From positions 32,001-96,000 of the forward strand of contig JBIJDH010000021.1 in the NCBI GenBank assembly GCA_044344255.1: a DNA stretch of 64,000 nucleotides, in the 5' to 3' direction. Position 1 is the stretch's first letter. Each line of letters starts with the position of its first letter. The position numbers and the translations under genes are program-made. The notes under the pieces were generated by a model, which made no database searches, was not told the DNA's origin, and worked only from the letters and a program-made list of their open reading frames with translations. Source of the stretch: Myxococcota bacterium (lineage in GTDB: Bacteria > Myxococcota_A > UBA796 > UBA2385). Positions 19,601 to 27,200 of this stretch are shown one piece after another.

Positions 19601-21720
19601 TCGCGGAGGTACTCGCCGACGACGAAGTTGCGCCCCACGCCGTTCTCGGCGGCGGTGCGCCAGGAGGGATTGGTGCGGGTGCGGAGGGAGCCTTCGGTGG
19701 CGAGGAGGCCCGTGCTCTCCACGCGGTAGAGGCCAGCCTCCTGCACCTGGAGCGCGACGGTGCCGCTGCCCTCGGCCTCGAGGTCCATGAACTCGGGGGC
19801 GCCCGCGGCGAGGACGGGGAAGTCGGGGAGGGAGATCGCGCCGAGGTCGGGCAGCGGGGCCCCGGGAGCGGCGGCGGGGGGGGCGAGCCGCACCGCGCCC
19901 AGCAGCGTCGCCTGGCTCACCTGCCGCACGAGGACGCTGTGGCTGCCCGCGGTCACTTGGGCCGAGCGGGCCCAGGCGCCGCCGTCCACCTGGAGCTCGG
20001 CAAAACGGCCGCCGCCGAGGGGGGCCACCAGCGTGCCTGCGGCCTTCAGGTTGGCGGGCACGACCACCGGCAGGCTCGGCTTCAGCAGGACGGGCACCTC
20101 GGCCTCGAAGGTGGCGGGCAGCGTCGTCTCGATGAGGCCGGTGCGGCTCCCCGGCACCTGGCCGAGGTGGAGCTGGTACTTGAGCTTGGGCTCCAGGTTG
20201 ACGACCGGGAGCTGCACGACCCCCACCGCCGGAGAGAAGGGCAGCGCCTCCTCCACACCGAGGAAGCGGAGGGCCGCGCCGCTGATCGAGCTCGGGCGCA
20301 GCGTGACCGTGGCGATGCCCTCGGCGGCGGGCTTGAGGCGGAGCACGTGGAAGCCCGCGCTGAGCGAGAGGGTGGCGGAGCCCCGGACGGGGGCGGGCGC
20401 GGCGTAGCCCTTCGGCGGGGTGATGAACCAGGGCTCGAGCTGCAGGTCGGTGGCGGGGCCCTCCACCTCGACCCGGTAGCTCCCCGCCTCCTTCACCTCG
20501 ACGAAGAGCGTGGTGGCGCCGAGCAGGTTGAAGCGGCGGCGCCAGCCGTGGTTGGCGTCGATGGGGATGGCCGCCGCGGCGACCACCCGCTGACCGTCGG
20601 TGAGGAGGGCGGTGAGATCGGCGGAGTCGCTGGGGTCACCGGCGCGGAGCAGGCTCAGCAGGCGCGGGCCAACCCCGCTGATCGCGGTCTGGGCCCCGCG
20701 GGGGATGAAGTGCTGGACCACCACCTCGCGGCCCGGGGCCCCGGTGAGCGTGAGGACCTGCACCTTCGCGCCGCTGGTGCCGAGCTCGGCCACGGGCAGG
20801 CGGCTCTCCGCGGTGACGCGGGCCGTGGAGGCGGCGGCCCGGTAGAGCCCGTCGCGATCGTAGGCGGAGACGGCGAGGGTGGCGGGCTCGACGCTCGGCA
20901 GCTCGAGGCGGAACCAGGTGCTGCCACCCGTGACCCGGAGGCGGGTCTGGCCGAAGGCGGAGAGCGTGACCGCGCCGCGCCCGACGGCGTCGAGCGAGGG
21001 CAGGCCGCGTTGCACCCAGAGCGGGGCGCGGTCGTCGGGGCCGGTCCAGCGCAGGGGGGCGCCGCCGTAGGCCACCACCTTGTAGGCGCCAGCGGGCAAC
21101 GTCCCCGAGAAGGTGCAGTCCGTGAGCGGCTGCCCGGGGCTGAGCTCGACGCGGCTGCAGGTGGGCGTCGCCGCCTCGAGCCAGGTGCCGTCGCGCCAGA
21201 GGCGCACCTCGGCGAGGGCGCGGCCGATGAGCTCAAGGGCGACGGGCTCGTCGTCTCGCCCGACCTGGATCCAGTAGGAGCGCTGCTGGAGGTCTTGGAG
21301 GGTGGACTCTGTGATGCGGCCGTCGTCGGGCAGGAGGGGGGCGCCCACGCTCTGCTCGACGAAGGGCGCCACCCGGAGGCGGGCCTCCCCCTTGCCCTCC
21401 GGGGAGGCGGAGGTGCGGAGCAGGTGCTGGCCCCGCTCCAGGAAGAGGTCGATCCGCCCGTCCCGCTGCCCCGGCGCGCCCACGCGGGGCCCCGGGCCGG
21501 CCATCCGATCAATGAGCTGGAGGGCGGTGCCCTGATCGCTCTCGGCGAGGATCGCGTAGCGGCCGAACTGTTCGACCGTCACCATCGCCCGACCCTCTCC
21601 GCGGGCAGCCACCCGGTCGGGGCGCACCTCCGCGCGGGGGGCGCCGGCCGCCGGGGCGGCCTGGGCCGCGGGGGAGAGCGCGAAGAGGCTCAACAGGAGG
21701 CAGACGAGGGAGGGCCACAT
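16624..21720 (-). CDS. Large secreted multi-beta-sandwich protein, translationally coupled to alpha-2-macroglobulin
   Basis: ~1700-aa ORF with signal peptide MWPSLVCLLLSLFALSPAAQA; PPC-like modules (ASADDGPEDWN); GTGA overlap. Confidence 0.8.
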   Translation of the reverse strand: MWPSLVCLLLSLFALSPAAQAAPAAGAPRAEVRPDRVAARGEGRAMVTVEQFGRYAILAESDQGTALQLIDRMAGPGPRVGAPGQRDGRIDLFLERGQHLLRTSASPEGKGEARLRVAPFVEQSVGAPLLPDDGRITESTLQDLQQRSYWIQVGRDDEPVALELIGRALAEVRLWRDGTWLEAATPTCSRVELSPGQPLTDCTFSGTLPAGAYKVVAYGGAPLRWTGPDDRAPLWVQRGLPSLDAVGRGAVTLSAFGQTRLRVTGGSTWFRLELPSVEPATLAVSAYDRDGLYRAAASTARVTAESRLPVAELGTSGAKVQVLTLTGAPGREVVVQHFIPRGAQTAISGVGPRLLSLLRAGDPSDSADLTALLTDGQRVVAAAAIPIDANHGWRRRFNLLGATTLFVEVKEAGSYRVEVEGPATDLQLEPWFITPPKGYAAPAPVRGSATLSLSAGFHVLRLKPAAEGIATVTLRPSSISGAALRFLGVEEALPFSPAVGVVQLPVVNLEPKLKYQLHLGQVPGSRTGLIETTLPATFEAEVPVLLKPSLPVVVPANLKAAGTLVAPLGGGRFAELQVDGGAWARSAQVTAGSHSVLVRQVSQATLLGAVRLAPPAAAPGAPLPDLGAISLPDFPVLAAGAPEFMDLEAEGSGTVALQVQEAGLYRVESTGLLATEGSLRTRTNPSWRTAAENGVGRNFVVGEYLREGDYQVTVTTRGSSAGHLGLALNRSPLRDGGALTDGVPATVALAADEGVLYRFTLAEAGEWQIRSAGPGALGRVRLEDADGWPIVTPGVEADLRVHLEAGGYRLILLPERQAVRRQTALDRVVEPPKRSGHGPFPLALEVDASHIWWESEARTPDVWTFHLPAAATVTLSATAAMVGELRAAEGQAELGRLSPDRPWTGPLPAGDYRLELRNARRNAGVEYAVRLQPEPLLVGASRAVQAPVTVPITIGAEGLVEIGTLGDYDVKARLLDAAGALVASADDGPEDWNVRLLPRLLPGAYSLVIEPVGLPSVPTTLRLRAAGEVDEPPLSAGAPLRLQPGVDVHRYPFEAPPGALIQVEASSADNVGIAIEHERDGRWILVGSAQGRRAPLALRGDAGRWRLRVWSIDQRGNPVELRLSSTSPRDDREGPLGRGQPGPILRVHAGEPGAFAIEPTPGLRWCPAAGEACLPVTGGLLPATPELWLRGEGKAKIRGRRVTLQAGQEALLPRAGSVNLAGAGGPLLVIATATAGQPRLSLHEGRRTWEAVDTAERRVVGLIPEADEALATLRPAGDTADLEMRVRSQPFPAAKAVDRPAFQVPAGEARRFERPDPGAPFRLVLPAGLVAAILDGERVESVHAAGPAGLDLRLEAGGAVLVVNPTSAAAPAAVEALPALAALPRLSADRPLERREDHAGRLLFEVPAAPGATLHLRGVREASLLRADGSFQRGTDLPLDGAPARLTVDHGPGLWVAWLDASATEGPAAAARSLWGQTTPTVETRAPELPAVLALSGASQRVQADVPGPSLLTVRLSSPALLIVSPPGAPPLVLLHPGGSASVPVRGGAVELLLRGLAGAPLSGSLGLFASPARPAEEGLAEPVLLSAGQGAAWTIRVERPGLVGVGLRASADGAVGRLYGPEGDQKAEGIVIVEELPAGQYLYTVTVPDGGPPVVVRPRVAGLAPDPGTPPAEVVQDYVRRSDAESDPESDPVGALP

Positions 21721-21727
21721 CTGTGAC

Positions 21728-22663
21728 TTATAGCGGGTCACCGCCGGGCAGGCTGGCCACAATGCGCTCCGTCTCTGTCCAAAGTCGACCGGCGAGGGCC
21801 ATGTCCTGGCCGCGGGCGTTGGAGGTCGCGACGTTACAGTCCGCGAGGTACTCGCCGCGCAGCTTGCCCGCGTCGGGGTGGACGAGGGCCCAGGTCTGGG
21901 TGGCCGCGCCCTGGGGGATGGTCTTGAGCGCGATGGGCCCCGCCATCGACCAGGCCGCCTGGGCCATGCCGCTCATATGGCGGGTGAGGTTGGTCGCGAT
22001 GACGCCGGGGTGGAGCGCGTTCGCAGTCTGCCCGGTCCCCGCCATCCGCCGCCCGAGCTCGCGGGCGAAGAGCAGGTTCGCCATCTTCGACTGCCCATAG
22101 GAGCCCCAGGGCGTGTATCCCCGCGCGCCGGAGAGGTTGTCCAGCTCGACGCCGGCCGCCGGGGCCCGCAGGTGGGCGGCGCTGCTCACCATCACCACCC
22201 GGCCGGTGGGGCTGAGCCTCGGCAGCAGGCCGGTGACGAGGATGAAGTGGCCGACATGATTGGTGAACAGCTGGAGCTCGATGCCGAACTTCTGTTCATT
22301 CTTGGGGAGGGCCATGATGCCCGCGTTGCAGAGGATGCCCTCGAGCGGCTGGCCCTCGGCGTTCAAGCGTCGGACCGCGGAGCCGATGGAGGCAGGGTCA
22401 GAGAGCTCGATGGCCACGGGCACGAAGGCGCCGGGCAGGCCCTTGAAGGCGGCGGTGGCCTTCTCCTCGCTGCGCGCCGAGGTGAGGACGGTCGCGCCGC
22501 GGAGGCCGAGCACGCGCGCCGACTCGAAGCCGATGCCCGAGGTGGCGCCCGTGACGAGGTAGCGCTTGCCGCGGAGGTCGAGGCCCTCGCTCACCTCCTC
22601 TGCCGTTGAGTTGTACCCGAAGCCGCTCGGGCCCTTCCCCGCGAACCAACCGTAGATCGACAT
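21728..22663 (-). CDS. SDR family oxidoreductase (retinol dehydrogenase/WWOX-like)
   Basis: TGATSGIG, CNAGIM, NHVGHF, YGQSKMAN, LHPGVI. Confidence 0.93.
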   Translation of the reverse strand: MSIYGWFAGKGPSGFGYNSTAEEVSEGLDLRGKRYLVTGATSGIGFESARVLGLRGATVLTSARSEEKATAAFKGLPGAFVPVAIELSDPASIGSAVRRLNAEGQPLEGILCNAGIMALPKNEQKFGIELQLFTNHVGHFILVTGLLPRLSPTGRVVMVSSAAHLRAPAAGVELDNLSGARGYTPWGSYGQSKMANLLFARELGRRMAGTGQTANALHPGVIATNLTRHMSGMAQAAWSMAGPIALKTIPQGAATQTWALVHPDAGKLRGEYLADCNVATSNARGQDMALAGRLWTETERIVASLPGGDPL

Positions 22664-22711
22664 GTGCACCCCTGATGGGGCGGTCTACCCCGAAACGAGG
22701 GCACGGGAGGC

Positions 22712-24160
22712 TCAGGCGTGCGCGCCGTCCCAGAAGGAGCCGTAGTCCCCGCTCGGCAGCGCGCCGTCGGGCTGTCGGGCGGACATGGCGTCGGCGAGGC
22801 ACTCCACGCCGTCGAGGTAGGCCTCGTGCATCTCTTCGGAGGTGGCGAGCGGGGTGTCGTAGACCGGCGGCAGCTCCTCGTGGTAGCGGGAGAGGTCGCG
22901 GTGGCGCAGCGTGAGGCCGTGCTTCTCGGGGGCGCTCCACAGGGCGCTGCCGGGGTAGGGCACCATCGAGAAGAGGTAGCTGGCGCGCAGCAGGCCGCGG
23001 TGGATGGCCTCGCAGGTCCAGTCCACCGAGCGTCGCATCTCGTCCGTGCTCAGCCCCGGCAGGCCGTTGACCAGGAAGGAGCAGGCCGAGAGCCCGTGGT
23101 CGGCCACCCGCTTCAGCGTGTCCTCGGCGGCGGTCAGCTTCACCCGCTGCTTGTGATCGCGGAGGCCGGCCTCCGTGGCGGCCTCGACACCGATCTCCAC
23201 CCACCGGCAGCCGCCCCGCTCGAGGTCGCGGAGCATGGGCTCGTCGACGAGGCAGTTGAGCCGGGTCTGGATGTCGAAGGTGATGTCCCCCTCGAGGGCG
23301 AGGGCCTGACAGAGCGCGCGGGTGCGGTCGGGGCGGAGGGTGAAGGTCTCGTCGCCGAAGTAGACGTGGTGGGGGCCGTACCGCGCCCTGTACGCTCGAA
23401 TCTCCCGAATTACCCGTTCCACGGGGAACCAACGGGTGCTCTGCCCGATGGTCTGGATGGTGCAGAAGGAGCAGACGTAGGGGCAGCCGAGGCCGTAGAC
23501 GATGCGGAGGTAGCGCAGGCTCGGCCCGAGCTCGGCGGGGAGGAGGTCAACCCGCGGGAAGGGGAGCTCCGAGGGCGGGAGGATCGGGTAGACCCCCGGG
23601 TGGACGACGACGTCGCCGTGTGCGTCTTTGTGGCCGAGCTGCTGGACCTGGGAGACGTCTCCCCTCCGGAGGCCGTCGAGCAGCGCCGGCAGCGCGAGCT
23701 CGGCCCGGCCCGCGATCACGAAGTCGACGGCCGGATGAGCGGCCACCTCTCGCTGGAGGGGGGTGGCGACGATGCCGCCGAACAGCGTCTTGGCCTTCGG
23801 GTGGACCTCGCGGATGACGCTCGCGACCACCAGCGCGACGTGCAGGTTCGGGGTCATCGGCGAGAAGAGGTAGACGTCCGCCGGCTGCTCCCGCAGCTTA
23901 CGCGCGAAGAAGTCGAGATCGGGCTCGGAGCCGGCGCGCAGCGGGCTGTAGAGGTCGACGGTCTGCTGGTCGGGGTAGCCGGCCGCGTCGAGGACGCCGC
24001 CCAGCCAGTGCATCCAGTGGGGCAGCTCCCAGAGCCGACCATCCGTGAAGCCGAGCCCGGGGTGTGCCGCGTGGTACTGCCGGTCGAAGGCCTCCCAGAA
24101 GCGACGGCGGGGCGCGACCGGGACGGTGGGCATCGGGGTGTGGACGAAGGCGACTCGCAT
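22712..24160 (-). CDS. B12-binding domain radical SAM protein
   Basis: N-terminal cobalamin-binding-like region (GGIVAT), CPYVCSFC, FGDETFT, IGVE, PYPGS. Confidence 0.9.
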   Translation of the reverse strand: MRVAFVHTPMPTVPVAPRRRFWEAFDRQYHAAHPGLGFTDGRLWELPHWMHWLGGVLDAAGYPDQQTVDLYSPLRAGSEPDLDFFARKLREQPADVYLFSPMTPNLHVALVVASVIREVHPKAKTLFGGIVATPLQREVAAHPAVDFVIAGRAELALPALLDGLRRGDVSQVQQLGHKDAHGDVVVHPGVYPILPPSELPFPRVDLLPAELGPSLRYLRIVYGLGCPYVCSFCTIQTIGQSTRWFPVERVIREIRAYRARYGPHHVYFGDETFTLRPDRTRALCQALALEGDITFDIQTRLNCLVDEPMLRDLERGGCRWVEIGVEAATEAGLRDHKQRVKLTAAEDTLKRVADHGLSACSFLVNGLPGLSTDEMRRSVDWTCEAIHRGLLRASYLFSMVPYPGSALWSAPEKHGLTLRHRDLSRYHEELPPVYDTPLATSEEMHEAYLDGVECLADAMSARQPDGALPSGDYGSFWDGAHA

Positions 24161-24172
24161 GGGCGGGCTCGG

Positions 24173-26260
24173 TCAGGCGAGAGACCTGGGGCGGCGTCGG
24201 GTCAAGAGGAGGAGCAGGCCGCTGAGGCCGAAGAGCAGCCGAGCGGGTTGAGGCAGGGCGCTGCAGCCGGCGTCGGTGCCGGTGCCGTCGAGGGCGATCG
24301 CCTCCCCGGGGGGGCGGCCGTCGCGGGTCTCGGCGAAGCCGCCGCCGCCGCCGTTGCCGGTCGGGGCCTTGTCTTCGGGGACCTCGGCGGTCGGGGTGGC
24401 GGTGTCGGGCTCCGGGGGCTCGGTGCCGTCCCCGCCGCCGTCCGCGGCGCCGTCGGCGCTGCCGTCGCCGCCGTCTCCGCTGCCGTCGCTCGGCTCCTCG
24501 GCGGGCGGGGCGGTGCCGTGGGCCGAGAACAGCGTGCTGACGCCGATCTCCAGGTGGCCGTTGTTGTAGCCCGGCCAGTCGTAGACGATGTCGGCCCCGT
24601 CGTAGTTGCCCCAGGAGCCGGTGCCGGCGTCGCCGTAGGGATCGTTCACGACCATCGTGTGGATCGCGCCACCATCGACGGTCATGTAGCCGCGGACGGA
24701 GATGATGTGCCCATAGCCGAGGACGCTCACCGAGGCGTAGAGCGGGTAGCCCGCGTTCACCTCGTTGATCAGCGCCCCCCAGTCTGCGCCGAGCTGCCCC
24801 GAGCCCACGCCGTGCTGCTCCATGAAGGCGGTCATATAGGCCCAGACCGCGCCGCCGTACTCTCGACAGATGAACCCGTGGGCGCCCTGGGTGTCGCCGC
24901 CCGCCGCGACCCCCCAGACATCGTAGGTGTAGCCGTTGAAGCTGTATACATTGGGGATGTACCAGCCCCAGTGGCTGGTGTGCGCATACGGCCAGGAGGC
25001 GGTGATGTCGGCGTTGGGCAGCACGCTCCACTTGGCGAGGGTCTGGATGTTGGACGTGGGGCCGCACGACCAGTTGCCGTTGTAGTCGTCGGGGGTGTCC
25101 CAGAGCTGGTGCATGTAGGGGACATCCACCTCGACGCGGGCCTCGGTGGGGGGCGGCGGCGGCGGCGCGCTGCCCTCGGGGAGGCTCGTCTCGGCGTCGA
25201 GGGCGCGCTCGGCGCGGCCATCGACGAGGCGCCAGAGGTCTCCGTCGCGGGTGTCGATGAAGTAGAAGCCGCCGCTCGAGCCGATCGGGGCTGGATAACG
25301 CGCGTGAACCGTGGGGTCGTCGAGCAGCACCCGGCTGACCCCGGTGGCGGCGTCGAAGACCCACAGCGAGGACGAGATCACCGTGTAGGGGCTCGTCTCC
25401 CGCTCGGGGTCGGGCCCGAGGTCGCCCTGGGTGACGCGGCGGGTGAAGACGAGGCGCTGGCCGCCGGGGATCCAGGCGGGATCGGTGCCCTCGAAGGTGG
25501 CCACCACCCGCCCGCTGGCGGGATTGACCACGGTGATCGTCTGGTCGGTGTGGTGGCTGAGCAGGGCGCCGTCGGCGCTCCAGGCCGGGTGGGCCCCGGG
25601 CTCGGGGGTGGGGATGTGCCGGGCCCCGCCGGTGCGGAGGTCTTGTACGAAGAGGCGCCCGGTGTCGTCGTCCCAGGCGATGCGCCGCCCCGCGGGGTCG
25701 GGCTCGACGAGGTCGACGCCCTCGGGCCCGACGGGCCGACCGGCGCGCAGGCGGAGGCCGCCCTGCTCGCCCAAGCGGGTCGGCTGGCCCACCCAGGGGC
25801 CCTCGCGGAGGAGCCGCGCCTCGCCGGCCTCCCAGCGGATCGCCTGCTGCACGCCGTAGGCGGGGACGGCCTTCCAGAGCAGGGCGTCGCCGTCCCAGAC
25901 GGGGTGAAAGCCCGCGCCAGGGGCCTGGGAGAGGGGCTGGAGGGAGCGGGGAGCGCCGAGCGGTGCGCCGCCCTGGGGTGCGCCGCCCTGGGCTGCGCCG
26001 GGGCTCCAGCGGTAGAGGCCGGCGCGGTCCCAGCGGGTGAGCGCGACCTGCTGGCCGTCCGCCGAGACCACCGGCGGGCCGAAGCCCTCCTGGCCCTCCA
26101 CCCCTGGCTGGAAGTCGGCGGGGGCGCCAGCCATCGCGCGCGGGGCCGAGAAGGCCAGGAGGGACAAGAGGAGAGTCAGGGCCAAGACCGAAGCCCACGA
26201 GCGCCCTTGGGCGGACGGGAGCGGAGCAGGCTCGGGATTGTGCGACAAGGACACCTCCAC
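24173..26260 (-). CDS. TolB-like propeller plus peptidase C39-like protein with MYXO-CTERM-like tail
   Basis: PAW repeats; PYMHQ...SCGPTS...GHIISVRGY...NDPYG; C-terminal GCSA-hydrophobic-RRR. Confidence 0.8.
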   Translation of the reverse strand: MEVSLSHNPEPAPLPSAQGRSWASVLALTLLLSLLAFSAPRAMAGAPADFQPGVEGQEGFGPPVVSADGQQVALTRWDRAGLYRWSPGAAQGGAPQGGAPLGAPRSLQPLSQAPGAGFHPVWDGDALLWKAVPAYGVQQAIRWEAGEARLLREGPWVGQPTRLGEQGGLRLRAGRPVGPEGVDLVEPDPAGRRIAWDDDTGRLFVQDLRTGGARHIPTPEPGAHPAWSADGALLSHHTDQTITVVNPASGRVVATFEGTDPAWIPGGQRLVFTRRVTQGDLGPDPERETSPYTVISSSLWVFDAATGVSRVLLDDPTVHARYPAPIGSSGGFYFIDTRDGDLWRLVDGRAERALDAETSLPEGSAPPPPPPTEARVEVDVPYMHQLWDTPDDYNGNWSCGPTSNIQTLAKWSVLPNADITASWPYAHTSHWGWYIPNVYSFNGYTYDVWGVAAGGDTQGAHGFICREYGGAVWAYMTAFMEQHGVGSGQLGADWGALINEVNAGYPLYASVSVLGYGHIISVRGYMTVDGGAIHTMVVNDPYGDAGTGSWGNYDGADIVYDWPGYNNGHLEIGVSTLFSAHGTAPPAEEPSDGSGDGGDGSADGAADGGGDGTEPPEPDTATPTAEVPEDKAPTGNGGGGGFAETRDGRPPGEAIALDGTGTDAGCSALPQPARLLFGLSGLLLLLTRRRPRSLA

Positions 26261-26399
26261 GGGGCTGAAGCTGCCATGGCTGCCGCCCGCCCTAACCGGT
26301 CTGCGGCGCGGACCCGCTCGATTGGAGGCGGATGTTATCGCCTGTGATCGACGACAGGTCCAAGAGCGCTATGGTGTGCGGAATATTTTTGGAGCCTTG

Positions 26400-27200
26400 A
26401 TGTCCAGACCGAAGGCCAGCGTAGCCGCAATCGTGATCCTGCTCGCTGCCTGCTCGCCGGACTCCGGGCTGACCAAGTTCAACAATGATCCGGTCGCGGT
26501 GATCTCGTCGCACAGCGACGGGGACACCGAGCGGGAGGGCGACCTCGTCACCTTCCAAGGTTCGGCCTCTGACACCAACAACAGCGCCGATGAGCTGCTG
26601 GCCGGCTGGTACTCCGGCTCGGACGTCCTCTGCGAAGAGGCCGCCCCAGACGCGAGCGGGCTGACCCGCTGCGAAGCCGTGCTCGACACCCTCGACGCCG
26701 ACATCTCCCTCCAGGTGCGCGACCCCTCCAACGCCACGGCCGTCGCCCGGGTGAGCCTCGTCATCACCGCCACCGACGCGCCCGTGGCCGACATCCAGAG
26801 CCCCGACGGGCTCTCCCCCGCCTACACCGATCAGCCGATCGCGGTGGCGGCCGTCGTGAGCGACGGGGAGGACGCCGCCCCTGACCTCCAGGTGGCCTGG
26901 ACCGACGAGGCCGGCGCGGCGCTCGACATCGACGACAGCCCCGACGTGGACGGCGGGCTCGCCGGCACCCTGCCGGCCCTCTCGGCGGGCAGCCACCGCC
27001 TCACCCTCACCGTCACCGACTCCACGGGCAAGGTGGGCGTCGACTCCGTCGACCTCGAGGTGGCGGGCCCCAACCAGGCCCCCTCTTGCCAGATCATCGA
27101 CCCTGCGGACGGCGCGGTGGGCGGCCTCGGCGAGGAGATCGTGTTCACCGGCCTCCTCACCGACCCCGACGTCGACGGCGCCTACCTCTCCGCCGCCTAG
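26400..27200 (+). CDS. N-terminal part (lipoprotein signal plus PKD/Ig-like domains) of a giant surface protein, ends at an in-frame TAG
   Basis: Lipobox LLAAC; same reading frame as the downstream 2212-aa ORF. Confidence 0.75.
   Translation: MSRPKASVAAIVILLAACSPDSGLTKFNNDPVAVISSHSDGDTEREGDLVTFQGSASDTNNSADELLAGWYSGSDVLCEEAAPDASGLTRCEAVLDTLDADISLQVRDPSNATAVARVSLVITATDAPVADIQSPDGLSPAYTDQPIAVAAVVSDGEDAAPDLQVAWTDEAGAALDIDDSPDVDGGLAGTLPALSAGSHRLTLTVTDSTGKVGVDSVDLEVAGPNQAPSCQIIDPADGAVGGLGEEIVFTGLLTDPDVDGAYLSAA

Noticed and set aside
11165..26347. Very long + strand ORFs (1010, 698, 1451, 1209 aa)
   Set aside because: Antisense shadows of well-supported minus-strand genes in GC-rich DNA
27198..27200. 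Pyrrolysine or genome-wide TAG recoding
   Set aside because: Position corresponds to Trp; TAG terminates other genes normally (e.g. yceI, codA); no pyl genes in the window
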